A stretch of 64,000 nucleotides of DNA from Thermoplasmatota archaeon (GTDB lineage: Archaea > Thermoplasmatota > E2 > DHVEG-1): contig JAUWBM010000001.1 of the NCBI GenBank assembly GCA_030601705.1, forward strand, positions 3,473 through 67,472. Reading direction: 5' to 3'. The notes under the pieces were generated by a model. It was not told the origin of the DNA, searched no databases, and saw nothing but the letters and a program-made list of their open reading frames with translations. Positions 1 to 9,708 of this stretch are shown here, piece after piece. How positions within the stretch are numbered: position 1 is the stretch's first letter; every line of letters starts with the position of its first letter. A program made the position numbers and the translations under genes.

Positions 1-123
1 TTCATTTGAGATACTCATTGGTGTTTTTGCTTCGGTTTTATTTGTTAGTAATATGTTTGAAGCTCCAGCTATCGGCATTATCATTATGAATGCCACAATA
101 CCTACCACGAGATATTTCTTCAT
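1..123 (-). CDS. 5' end (N-terminal 41 codons) of a secreted/membrane protein continuing beyond the window edge; signal-peptide-like MKKYLVVGIVAFIMIMPIAGAS
   Basis: Reverse-complement translation from ATG (complement at 121-123) gives a hydrophobic signal-like N-terminus; the frame is open to position 1. Confidence 0.4.
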   Translation of the reverse strand, partial: MKKYLVVGIVAFIMIMPIAGASNILLTNKTEAKTPMSISNE

Positions 124-368
124 TTTTTTTATTCCCCTTAATATAATTCTATCATAGATTTATTGTTAAATGCGTATTTAAAGTTAACGATAGTTAAATA
201 CCGTGAAATAACACTTCACTTTTGTATAATATGATGATTCTTTTTCAGCTGTCTACTTAATCTCGCATCAAACCGTAGGAGTGAACCAAGTAACCATATT
301 GAGCAGAGTGGATGATGTTTCGAATTGGAAAATTATAAGTCAAACAGGAGTATAACAACAAACGAAAA

Positions 369-686
369 ATGCCGTACAATGTTTATATTATTGAGCTGGA
401 CAAAGAAGTGTTGAAATCACGAAAATTTAGGAAACGTAACCCCCATATGAATCCCAAGCTTGCCTGCTACTATGTTGGGCAAACATGTCATGACCCAGAT
501 ACTAGATTTAAACAACATAAGGATGGATACAAAGCCAATCGTCTTGTAAGAAAATATGGATTTCGGCTACGACAGAAAAAATTTCAGAAATACAATCCTA
601 TCAAAACCCGTGAAGAAGCTGAAAAAATCGAACGGCAACTCACTAACAAATTGAGGGCAAAAGGACATGGTGTGTGGTCAAATTAA
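369..686 (+). CDS. GIY-YIG nuclease-domain protein
   Basis: ORF track; VYIIEL...YYVGQT...RFKQHKDG matches the GIY-YIG (URI) motif spacing. Confidence 0.55.
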   Translation: MPYNVYIIELDKEVLKSRKFRKRNPHMNPKLACYYVGQTCHDPDTRFKQHKDGYKANRLVRKYGFRLRQKKFQKYNPIKTREEAEKIERQLTNKLRAKGHGVWSN

Positions 687-712
687 TTAAATTAACCATA
701 CCTAGTAAGATA

Positions 713-2122
713 TCAGACTTTTCTGAAACCTTTACCCATCCAACAATATAGACATAATTTATCCTTTGGTAACCCTATTGCCTTAACCATATCGTCTAAT
801 AGCTGATATTTTAGTGAGGTTACGTCTAAATCTTTTGCAATCCAATCAATCATTTTCTTATATTTCTCAGAATTAGAATCCAAATATTCAGAAACATCTT
901 CGATATCTTTTCCTTCTAGAGCGCGTATTGCTCTCCTAGCAGCCAATTCGTGAATGCTTCTTGTGGATAAATTATAGATGCATGGAAACATCAATGGTGG
1001 ACATCCAGGTCTTACATGCACTTCTTTTGCACCAACGTTTTTCAATTTTGTAATTGTGAAATTCTTCAATTGGGTTCCTCTTACAATGGAATCTTCACAT
1101 AACACGATCCTATTGCCTTCAGTAATGTCTTCATTTGCTATTAATTTCATTAACGCAATCCTATCCCTCATATCTTGTGTTAATGGTGTGTAACTTCTTC
1201 CATAGCCTGGCGTATATTTCAGTAAAACTCTTCTAAATGGTTTACCAGATTCCATGGCATAACCTATCGCATGAGCTGTTCCCGAATCAGGAACTCCCGA
1301 TACTAAATCTATTTCAACATTGTCTCGTTTTGCTAAAAATCTCCCACTATTCTCTCTCACTTTCTCCACATTTATACCTTCATAACATGAAGCTGGGAAC
1401 CCTGTATAAATCCATAAAAATGCACATATTTTGTTGAGATGCTTTCCCTCTTTTTTTCCCTCCATGCCTTTTCTACTGATAAAAACAATCTCGCCAGGAT
1501 CAATAAATTTTTTTATTGCAAAGCCCAAGTTAGGAAATGAACAGGTCTCACTGGCAACGGCTGTCTCTCCCTCTTTTTCTCCGATAACTAATGGAGTAAC
1601 CCCATTCTCATCTCTAGCACAATATATTCCTTTCCTTGTTAATACAAGCAAAGATACGGACCCATTAATATTGTCATACATCTTTTCAATGCCATCGATT
1701 ATGTTGTCGCCTTGGTTTATTAAATGTGCAACAAGTTCTGTCGTGTTGATGTCACCGTGGTCTATCTCGCTGAAAGAGACACCTTTTTTAATTAACATTT
1801 TCACCAATGCATCTTTGTTGGTTACCAAACCAGCGCAACATATGGCAAAAGGTCCAAATTTACTTTCAAAACTTAATGGTTGGGGGTCTTTATCAGAGAT
1901 CACCCCAATGCCCAAATTACTTTTTATTTCATCAGAACCTTCATAAAATTTTGACTTAAACTGTGAATTAGCGATATCATGGATCTTCTTAACAGGCATT
2001 CCATCTTCATCAATAAAGGCTATGCCACCGTATTCAGTGCCAAGATGACTGTGGTAATCAGTTCCATAATAGAGACTAGAAATACAATTATTATTACTCA
2101 CAACACCAAATAAGCCGCTCAT
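713..2122 (-). CDS. purF: amidophosphoribosyltransferase (PurF) homolog; residue 2 is Ser rather than the catalytic Cys
   Basis: N-terminal Ntn-amidotransferase fold (MSGLFGV...GGIAF) plus C-terminal PRT motif IVLCEDSIVRGTQ and AKEVHVRPGCPPLMFPCIY, typical of PurF. Confidence 0.8.
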   Translation of the reverse strand: MSGLFGVVSNNNCISSLYYGTDYHSHLGTEYGGIAFIDEDGMPVKKIHDIANSQFKSKFYEGSDEIKSNLGIGVISDKDPQPLSFESKFGPFAICCAGLVTNKDALVKMLIKKGVSFSEIDHGDINTTELVAHLINQGDNIIDGIEKMYDNINGSVSLLVLTRKGIYCARDENGVTPLVIGEKEGETAVASETCSFPNLGFAIKKFIDPGEIVFISRKGMEGKKEGKHLNKICAFLWIYTGFPASCYEGINVEKVRENSGRFLAKRDNVEIDLVSGVPDSGTAHAIGYAMESGKPFRRVLLKYTPGYGRSYTPLTQDMRDRIALMKLIANEDITEGNRIVLCEDSIVRGTQLKNFTITKLKNVGAKEVHVRPGCPPLMFPCIYNLSTRSIHELAARRAIRALEGKDIEDVSEYLDSNSEKYKKMIDWIAKDLDVTSLKYQLLDDMVKAIGLPKDKLCLYCWMGKGFRKV

Positions 2123-2285
2123 TGTTCCCCAAGCTAGGTGGAAACAATGAGTTGTATTTAAGGATTATTAAATTAAAAAAGAATAGTCCTCCATTAAAGG
2201 TCAAATAGTTTCGCATTGTTCTAAACACATTCAATTAATGGCATCCAGATTTCGTAGACCATACCTAGCAAAAGATCAGTCAGAT

Positions 2286-2456
2286 TAACGGATATAAAGT
2301 CCTCCATTGACATTTATTGTTTCACCAGTTATATAGTTTGACAGGTCAGATGCAAGAATTAGACAGCAAAGCGCCGTGTTCTACAAATTTTAGAGCCATT
2401 CCTTTCCCTATCTCTCTTGAGGTGCCTGTAATAAGAGCAGTTTTTCCCTCAAGCAT
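2286..2456 (-). pseudogene. relic of an SDR-family oxidoreductase (N-terminal Rossmann motif joined out of frame to the C-terminal tail)
   Basis: Minus-strand translation: MLEGKTALITGTSREIGKGMALKFVEHGA (SDR TGxxxGIG motif), then stop, then in another frame SDLSNYITGETINVNGGLYIR* (typical SDR C-terminus). The central ~200 codons are missing. Confidence 0.45.
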
Positions 2457-2993
2457 AGTAGTGTACATACTTTGAAAGAGTGAAAAATTATGGTAAAAAT
2501 CATAGCCTTAAAATGGTATTAAATATATTTGAAAAACATGTATTATTTCTGAGGATGTTTTTTCATTATGAGATTTTGACACAGTAGGTTTAAATAGAAT
2601 CATTGATAGAAAATAGCACATTAGGTTGTAACTATGCCTAAAAAACGTATCAAGAAGAGGACTTGTTCAAAAAACACACCGGATATGAAAAACGAGTCAT
2701 CTGAAAAAAAGTCTAAATATTATGCATTTGGATATCTGGTTAGTGACTATTAGGAAACAGTAATAAAAATGTGTTTTTTTTAGATATCTAGTTTCTTGTA
2801 CTCATCAAATGCTTTATCCATGAAATAAATGTTGTCGTTGATATCCTCTGATTCTTAGAAAGACTCAGGACGTGTTTCTCATTACTAAAAGATACTTTTT
2901 CACTAAAATTTAAAATCTTGGTGAGCAGAAAATATTAAATAATAAATAAGTCTATTATATATAATATATATTATCAAATAGGGAGAAATTAAA

Positions 2994-4667
2994 ATGAAAG
3001 ATATCATGTTTAGAAAAGTCTTTGTAGTTGGAATAATAGTCTTGTTTGTTGGAGCTAGTGTTGCTGTACCAAATATTAAAATGTTGACCAACGTTGAAAA
3101 TGTATTTTCTGCTCGTGCTATGGAGACACTTGATGGAGCACCTTTTGAACCAATCGATCCATTGCCTGAAAATAATTCTGAAAATATAAGTATAAACCCA
3201 GATATAAGCGTATTTGTAATTGATCCTGACAACGATACAATGAACGTTTCTTTTTATAATGCATTGGATGATAGTTTTATTGACGATGCCGAAGATGTGC
3301 AAAACGGGACTAGAGCAGAAGTGATCTGGTCAGATTTAGAATACAACACAACCTACAGTTGGTATGCAATTGCTAACGATTCAATATTTGAAAATAGATC
3401 AGAAACATGGTTTTTTACAACTATAATAAATCACCCACCAAATGAACCGATTGATCCATTACCTGAAAATAATTCTGAAAATATAAGTATAAACCCAGAT
3501 ATAAGCGTATTTGTAATTGATCCTGACAACGATACAATGAACGTTTCTTTTCATAATGCATCGGATGATAGCCACATAGGGACCGTTTTTAATGCTCCAA
3601 ATGGAAGTAGAGCAGAAGTAGAATGGTCAGATCTTCAGTATAACACAACGTACAGCTGGTATGCTGTTGCAGATGACGGCGAATATACCAATCAATCTGA
3701 CACCTGGAATTTTACAACTACAGCAAATCATCCACCGAATGAGCCAAGTAATCCGAATCCAGAAGATGATGCAACGGATGTCGATATTGATGCTGATCTC
3801 AGCTGGATAGGTGGTGACCCTGACGGCGATTCTGTCACCTACGACATCTATCTTGAGGCAGACGATTCGACGCCGGATGTTAAAGTTGCAGATGATATTA
3901 CTGAGACGACGTTTGATCCAGGGGCACTAGAGTATATTACAACGTATTATTGGCAAATCATCTCCTGGGACAGCCAAGGTGCATCAACTGAGGGGCCAAT
4001 ATGGCATTTTACAACAAAAGCTCTTCTGCCACTAGAAGTAAATATAATCAAACCAGAAGAACGTAGTTTTTACCTACAAAACGAAAAACTGTTTCCGTTA
4101 ATAATGAATACCATCGTCTATGGTCCTATTGACATTGAAGTGAATGCCACATCGGGAGCAGAAATAGATAGAGTGGAGTTTTACATCAACGATGTATTAA
4201 AGGATACAGTTAATGAGGCAAACGAAGATGGAGTATATACCTATCATTGGTCGCAACCACTCTGCTTTGTATACACAATAAAAGTCATTGCCTATGACGA
4301 TGCAGGGCAGAATGCCTCTGCTGAAATAAAAGTATTAAAATGGAGAATACATCCTGTCATACTCCTCGCCGGTACTATGTTCATATTTAGACAATTAAGA
4401 TCAGGAACACCATTTCAATGGACAATACTAAGAGGAACAGTTTTTAACCTTAAACAAGTAGGAAATAAATACCATGGGCGAGCTATACGACTTCACTACA
4501 CTGAAATCGCGCCTTTCAGCTCGGTTTCTGGCACCGGCACCATAAAACTCAGAAAAATAACATTTGCACGTGCCCCATTTATGTTAAGCCATGATATTGG
4601 TCCAGTTGGTTTAACTACCTACATCTTTGGGATATTCCCCGGGAAAATAAACAGAATACTAGCATGA
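2994..4667 (+). CDS. secreted cell-surface protein with signal peptide and three tandem ~99-aa FN3/Ig-like repeats
   Basis: N-terminal hydrophobic signal (VFVVGIIVLFVGASVA); repeated HPPNEP...NxS...YSWYA units rich in N-glycosylation sequons. Confidence 0.6.
   Translation: MKDIMFRKVFVVGIIVLFVGASVAVPNIKMLTNVENVFSARAMETLDGAPFEPIDPLPENNSENISINPDISVFVIDPDNDTMNVSFYNALDDSFIDDAEDVQNGTRAEVIWSDLEYNTTYSWYAIANDSIFENRSETWFFTTIINHPPNEPIDPLPENNSENISINPDISVFVIDPDNDTMNVSFHNASDDSHIGTVFNAPNGSRAEVEWSDLQYNTTYSWYAVADDGEYTNQSDTWNFTTTANHPPNEPSNPNPEDDATDVDIDADLSWIGGDPDGDSVTYDIYLEADDSTPDVKVADDITETTFDPGALEYITTYYWQIISWDSQGASTEGPIWHFTTKALLPLEVNIIKPEERSFYLQNEKLFPLIMNTIVYGPIDIEVNATSGAEIDRVEFYINDVLKDTVNEANEDGVYTYHWSQPLCFVYTIKVIAYDDAGQNASAEIKVLKWRIHPVILLAGTMFIFRQLRSGTPFQWTILRGTVFNLKQVGNKYHGRAIRLHYTEIAPFSSVSGTGTIKLRKITFARAPFMLSHDIGPVGLTTYIFGIFPGKINRILA
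3146..3590. repeat. tandem direct repeat (~297-bp period) inside the FN3 surface-protein gene; ~93-bp core is identical between copies
   Basis: The string cctgaaaataattctgaaaatataagtataaacccagatataagcgtatttgtaattgatcctgacaacgatacaatgaacgtttctttt occurs at ~3165 and again at ~3462. Confidence 0.75.
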
Positions 4668-4861
4668 CCAAGACCAATCCTAACACTCTTCTTCCATTTT
4701 TTCATTGCAACAATTAAAAATTTCTTTTAAATTTTTCAAATTTTTTTCATCTGCTAAAAAGTAATTCTGTTTTCTGAAGACTCTCAACTGTAACATAATT
4801 AAACTTGTTCTAGAAAATAATCTTTTTGTTTTACTACAATATTTCCAAGCTACTTTAAAAA

Positions 4862-5959
4862 CTACTGATAGTATCTTGTGTTGTCTTTTGTTACAACGAG
4901 TTTTTTCGATTCTAATTCTAAGTAGTTTTCAATCTCTGCAAACGATTGAAGTTCGATTTCTCTATTTTCATAATATAGGTATTGTATGCCGGAAAGAGAA
5001 ATATTGAGGGACTCATTACTTCCTTCGTCAACAAATAATCGTAAATGAAAAGCATCCTCCATTCCAAAATTCTGATTTATATCGACTTGGATCGATGTCG
5101 TGCAACAGGCACATTCAACAGGTACCCATCCCTCGTTTCCCATTAATTTGCCAACAAAGACTTCTACCCATGCATGAGCCGTTGCAGTTACTTCCCCATT
5201 TTTCTCCCTCTGTAGAAGATAACCTCGGACAAATCGAGCAGGAATATCGACCGCCCTACATAATGATATATAAAGAAATGAGAGATCATCACAATCTCCT
5301 GTTTTCTTTTGAAGTGTTACAGATGCAGGTTGAACATCTCCTTGACCGTTATGTATTTGATAATTTGTGTTTTCTTTTAGCCAGATGAAGAGCAACTTAG
5401 CAATGACAAACGAATTGTTCGTCTCTGCTTGACGCAGTACAGTATCAGCAATTGTTTTAATATTAGGATCATTGGGATCCATGAGATTTGTAGTTCCGTT
5501 GGATTGTTCATGACAATACTGTTCTACGATCTTAGGATAAAAATTAGTGATTTCCTGTATTCTCAGTGCGCTATCGCCATTTAAATCAGAAACAAGAAAA
5601 CTTTCAGATTCAATGCTAGCTGTTACCCCCAGTTCATACGTCGCATCATCTGTCCCTGACACATTCCATCGTATAAAACTATTATTTACCAATATTATGT
5701 TCTGCGTGTAATTTTGGTTGTATAGTAAACTATATGATATTGTTTTGAGAGATTCAGGTAGATTGCATCTATAATCTATCTCATATTTTCCATTGCCAGT
5801 ACAATTTATTTGATAGCCATATTTGATGTCATAGCTTACTTTTGTAGGGTGAGCTACATATGTTGTTGGGATATCCGGAAAAAAATCTAAGCATCCAGAT
5901 ATTACAGGTACTATTAATAAAACGACGGTTATGATGAGGGTGACTTTTTTATTTTTCAT
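4862..5959 (-). CDS. transglutaminase-like cysteine-protease-fold protein with N-terminal signal/lipobox
   Basis: N-terminus MKNKKVTLIITVVLLIVPVISGC; core GDCDDLSFLYISLCRAVDIPARFVRGY...HAWVEVFV...GWVPVE matches the Cys-His-Asp transglutaminase-like core. Confidence 0.7.
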   Translation of the reverse strand: MKNKKVTLIITVVLLIVPVISGCLDFFPDIPTTYVAHPTKVSYDIKYGYQINCTGNGKYEIDYRCNLPESLKTISYSLLYNQNYTQNIILVNNSFIRWNVSGTDDATYELGVTASIESESFLVSDLNGDSALRIQEITNFYPKIVEQYCHEQSNGTTNLMDPNDPNIKTIADTVLRQAETNNSFVIAKLLFIWLKENTNYQIHNGQGDVQPASVTLQKKTGDCDDLSFLYISLCRAVDIPARFVRGYLLQREKNGEVTATAHAWVEVFVGKLMGNEGWVPVECACCTTSIQVDINQNFGMEDAFHLRLFVDEGSNESLNISLSGIQYLYYENREIELQSFAEIENYLELESKKLVVTKDNTRYYQ

Positions 5960-5970
5960 ATGATCGTTTA

Positions 5971-7821
5971 TTATCTCTTAAATAATCCTCGCTTTTTAGG
6001 TCTCGAGGCCCTGTATTGGCATCCGGTATTCATAGGACACCTAATGCATTCAGGATTTTCGTCATGGCAGAATTTTTTCCCAAGTTTTGCTAATGACTCC
6101 AGATATTTGTACACGTTTTCTTTCATTTTTTCTGCTTCTTCTGTCAGTTGTTTTATTGTTTCCTCAGTATCGTCGGTTGTAACCCACCCCAGTCTTTTTG
6201 CTACTCTATTTACTATCACTGCTTTTGGGGTAACATTACTCCCCCTATCTGCAGGTTCTGATTTTGGGATAGGTGCAACATGTTCTTTTTGGAGGGGTGG
6301 AGGGGCAGGCATTTTTGGTATATTTGGCTTAAAATCAGTCGGTTCACCATCTTTGAAAATGGTTACGGACTTGCCACCATGACTCGTCTCCCTAGTACGT
6401 ATCTCGACCATTATAGGGATCTGAATGGAGGCACCCGAGATCAAAGCAATCCCGATAGGAAGTCTCTGTATCTCATTATATGTCTGATTCGTTAAGCCTT
6501 CGACTGATTGGATTATTGCTTTTAAGTCATTAGGATTTGTCACTTTTAGAATAATATTTGTGTTACATTGTGAAATGATATTTTTATCAACCTTTGCAGG
6601 ACGCTGACTTACGACACATAATCCCATACCAAACTTTCTACCTTCAGAGGCTACTGTTCTCAGCATATTAGACGAAACAGAAGTGCCAAATCCACGTTCA
6701 GGGCAGTAATTATGTGCTTCTTCCACTATAAGTAAAAATGGAGGGATTTTTCCTGCTTTACGATCATCGAATAACTCTTTTGTTAAGCGCGCTACAACAA
6801 CATCTTGTATATCTGGCGGAACACCTTTCATATTAATGACAGAACATTTTCCCTTTCTTACAAGATCGGTAGCCGAGGTTCCTTCTTCAGAGAAGACACC
6901 GATAGAATCAAGCGATTCGAGCGATGCAATAACATTCCATCGTGCATTACTTTTGCTCCTGTTGACTGCTTCAATAATGTCTCGGATAGTGTATATCTCC
7001 TTGTATTCTTTTATCTCTTTAATTGATTGGTATAAAACGCCTATCTGTGGTCCCGAAAGTTTCGCATGAAGAAGATCAATAATTTCTCGTGCCTCAAGAT
7101 TCGTACCATTTAATGTTAAATGTTTAATGTCTCCTTTACTTCCAAGCGGAGAATATCCAATAAGTTGGCTAGAATATTGGCCTGGTTTGACACCGAATTT
7201 GTCCATGTTTTTTTGTTCTTTCTTGTCTTTGTTTGATTTTGAAAGCGATATATATTCACCATGGGTATCAATTATAACCATTGGCACTTTTTTCTTGAGA
7301 AGTTCCTCAACTAAGACGCCGCAGGCATAGCTTTTGCCACCGCCTGTTTTCGCCAGTATACAAATATGTTTTTGAACAAGAGAATCTATGTTCAAAAAAA
7401 CCGGCAGGTTAAGTCCCTTAAGAAGGCCCAGATATGCTCCGTTTTGCTTCTCAGAATACAGACCGATTACATGTCTTATGAGATCTTCACTGGCAGGTAT
7501 TATTCTGCTCCCTGTTTCAAAAGGAGTTCGTGGAGTCTGTAAAAGGCCCCTTTTATCCCTATATCCAATTACATCTGCATATGCAGAGACATTGCTTTTA
7601 ATATACGGAAGTTCGTCGTTGCTTTGTAGCATAGTTGCTTCTTGAAATTTAAAGTCCGAATATCTTTTGATATCCATTACTTGAGCAAGTACGTATCCTT
7701 CTTTATGCGGTGCTGCTACATAGTCAAATTTTCTTATATTATAACCATCGACAATGAAATTAAATTCAGTCGAACCGACATTTCCATAGATAACTCCTAT
7801 AGAATCATTTTTTTGTGGCAT
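5971..7821 (-). CDS. HerA/DUF87-family ATPase with a C-terminal extension resembling the endonuclease-III C-terminus (4Fe-4S cluster loop C-X6-C-X2-C-X5-C)
   Basis: HAS-barrel-like N-terminus (IGVIYGNVGSTEFNFIV), Walker A (ILAKTGGGKSYACG), Walker B (FLLIVEEAHNY), then a Pro-rich linker and VNRVAKRLGW...FCHDENPECIRCPMNTGC. The start was moved to the internal Met (MPQKND) to avoid overlapping dph5. Confidence 0.75.
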   Translation of the reverse strand: MPQKNDSIGVIYGNVGSTEFNFIVDGYNIRKFDYVAAPHKEGYVLAQVMDIKRYSDFKFQEATMLQSNDELPYIKSNVSAYADVIGYRDKRGLLQTPRTPFETGSRIIPASEDLIRHVIGLYSEKQNGAYLGLLKGLNLPVFLNIDSLVQKHICILAKTGGGKSYACGVLVEELLKKKVPMVIIDTHGEYISLSKSNKDKKEQKNMDKFGVKPGQYSSQLIGYSPLGSKGDIKHLTLNGTNLEAREIIDLLHAKLSGPQIGVLYQSIKEIKEYKEIYTIRDIIEAVNRSKSNARWNVIASLESLDSIGVFSEEGTSATDLVRKGKCSVINMKGVPPDIQDVVVARLTKELFDDRKAGKIPPFLLIVEEAHNYCPERGFGTSVSSNMLRTVASEGRKFGMGLCVVSQRPAKVDKNIISQCNTNIILKVTNPNDLKAIIQSVEGLTNQTYNEIQRLPIGIALISGASIQIPIMVEIRTRETSHGGKSVTIFKDGEPTDFKPNIPKMPAPPPLQKEHVAPIPKSEPADRGSNVTPKAVIVNRVAKRLGWVTTDDTEETIKQLTEEAEKMKENVYKYLESLAKLGKKFCHDENPECIRCPMNTGCQYRASRPKKRGLFKR

Positions 7822-7858
7822 CCATACCCCTTTTAGTGCGGAATAATAGCAAGGGTTA

Positions 7859-8668
7859 TTATAGTTTTTGTAATTTTTTACTAATCGCTTTTGGCAGATT
7901 TGCAAAAACTTCTAAAGCTTCAACTTCCTTAAAATGGAGATTTCCAGGGATAATCAAAGTGTGAAGTGGTGGGCCAAAATCTTTGTTTAGTAAAGCCTTG
8001 ACTGAATTTGCTACCATGACAGGATCTGGTGAGCCGGCACGAGCAACGACGCAGATAACGCCATCTTCACTAAGTATCTTTTCTCCCAGTTTTTCTTCCA
8101 TTTTTAACAGAAGTTCCATGCCCTGATTTGCAGTCATATATATATCTCTATCCGCCTGAATATCAAGAAGAACGAGCGTATGCAATCCCATTTCTTTATT
8201 TTCTTTTATGATAGTATATGGACTTGTTGGAAAGTAATCTTTTTCTGGAAATGCGAGTGTTGTTGTCCTCCCAAACTTATAGTTTTGTAAGCCGAGCAGC
8301 CCAGGTGCAGCAGTGACAATACTTCCACTGTGAAAGATTTTCGTTTTTATGCCTCTCTTCGTAGCCCGTAATCTCAAATCGACATGAGTTGTTGCAATCA
8401 TGGGGTCTCCGCATGTTAAAAAACCAACTTTTTCTTTTAATGCATATTCTAAAATTTTGTCACCCTTTTCGGTTTCTTCCCTGGATAATACTTTTAATGT
8501 CTTACCTAGTTTTTTTTCAAAAGTGTTTTTATCTAGACCTACAAGCTTTGACGTATAAAATTCAGCAAAAATCTTGTCACAATTTTCTAATTCGCTCAAT
8601 CCTTTCAATGAAATATCTTTTTCGTCGTAGAGACCTAGACCAACAAAGATCAACTGTCCATTTGACAT
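7859..8668 (-). CDS. dph5: diphthine synthase
   Basis: LIFVGLGLYDEKDISLKGLSELENCDKIFAEFYTS and the downstream tetrapyrrole-methylase-fold motifs match Dph5; start placed at MSNGQL. Confidence 0.85.
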   Translation of the reverse strand: MSNGQLIFVGLGLYDEKDISLKGLSELENCDKIFAEFYTSKLVGLDKNTFEKKLGKTLKVLSREETEKGDKILEYALKEKVGFLTCGDPMIATTHVDLRLRATKRGIKTKIFHSGSIVTAAPGLLGLQNYKFGRTTTLAFPEKDYFPTSPYTIIKENKEMGLHTLVLLDIQADRDIYMTANQGMELLLKMEEKLGEKILSEDGVICVVARAGSPDPVMVANSVKALLNKDFGPPLHTLIIPGNLHFKEVEALEVFANLPKAISKKLQKL

Positions 8669-8951
8669 ATCTTCACAAACATTCATTTGATCAGCATACA
8701 AAAAGGTTGTTCTTTATTTGATAAATTCGAAAGTGTTTAAAACCAAAAACACATACGTTTATGTGGGCAACAACTACCAGCTCATTTTTAATTTCATTTT
8801 CTCTTCTGAATGGAGGTTTTTATTCACTGTTTTCTTATTGAAAAATATCGGGTAGATAGTATACATTAGCACGTTTTTTGATATGTATCACCTAAAAATA
8901 AGGGAAAATTTAAATTCACAACTATGCATATTCCCTGTAAGGAGGTAGTTT

Positions 8952-9137
8952 ATGGCATATACACATGAAGGTTGGACCTTATATACACGGGATGTAACCT
9001 TAAAGGGCGGAAGGAATCAAACTATTTATTTCTTTAGTAAAAGGACGCCGAAAAGCGGAAACCCCTGTGAATTACCAAGTGGTTACAGTGTTGGCGTAAA
9101 CAAAAGAACAGGTCTTCCGTATTTGAAGAAGAAGTAA
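8952..9137 (+). CDS. small conserved hypothetical protein (61 aa)
   Basis: ORF track only; it sits just upstream of rnp4. No family was recognised from memory. Confidence 0.35.
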   Translation: MAYTHEGWTLYTRDVTLKGGRNQTIYFFSKRTPKSGNPCELPSGYSVGVNKRTGLPYLKKK

Positions 9138-9248
9138 AACTTTTTATTTCTTCTTTTTTCTTTTTTGTTTTAGCTTAGTTATTGCGGATAAATGGTTTTT
9201 TAAACGAGGATATCATAATCGATTTTTGCTTTTGAAGAGTAGTTCTAT

Positions 9249-9590
9249 ATGTCACGAAGACGCACAGGGAACAAGAAGTTTCAAAAAAGTATAGCAAAAA
9301 ATCGCATTCAACGTTTGTTTAGACTTGCCGAGGAACATGCTTTGTATGATAGATTGGAACTTTCAGACAGGTATGTGTTTTTGGCAAGAAAGATTTCTAT
9401 GCGTTACTTGGTACCGATTCCTGCTGAATTTAAGCGTAGAGTTTGTAAGCATTGTTATTGTTATCTTATGCCAGGCATTAATTGTAGAGTGAGAATTCAT
9501 AGGAGCAAGATTGTAACCTATTGTTATAATTGTAAGAAATATACGAGGATGCCTTTAAGGGATCGTTCGACAAAGTCGAAGCGTAATTAG
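9249..9590 (+). CDS. rnp4: RNase P protein component 4 (Rpp21/RPR2 family)
   Basis: RIQRLFRLAEE...ARKISMRY...EFKRRVCKHCYCYL...CRVR...YCYNCKKY, the Rpp21 zinc ribbon. Confidence 0.8.
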   Translation: MSRRRTGNKKFQKSIAKNRIQRLFRLAEEHALYDRLELSDRYVFLARKISMRYLVPIPAEFKRRVCKHCYCYLMPGINCRVRIHRSKIVTYCYNCKKYTRMPLRDRSTKSKRN

Positions 9591-9708
9591 AATGTAAAAA
9601 AATGATGTTTAATTGTTGTAATTAGTCCAGGGAGTCGTTATCAATATGCTTAAATAACATATGGTTTATTACCGTTTCCCAGTTTATATACTACGGAAGA
9701 GAATTGAT

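Noticed and set aside
978-1946. Plus-strand ORFs 978..1193, 1237..1437 and 1431..1946
   Set aside because: They lie entirely antisense within the well-supported purF gene, have low-complexity or hydrophobic translations and no recognisable motifs; typical shadow ORFs.
2903-3302. Minus-strand ORFs 2903..3232 and 2955..3302
   Set aside because: Antisense to the 5' end of the FN3 surface-protein gene and its AT-rich upstream region; Ile/Tyr/Asn-rich composition typical of AT-rich noise.
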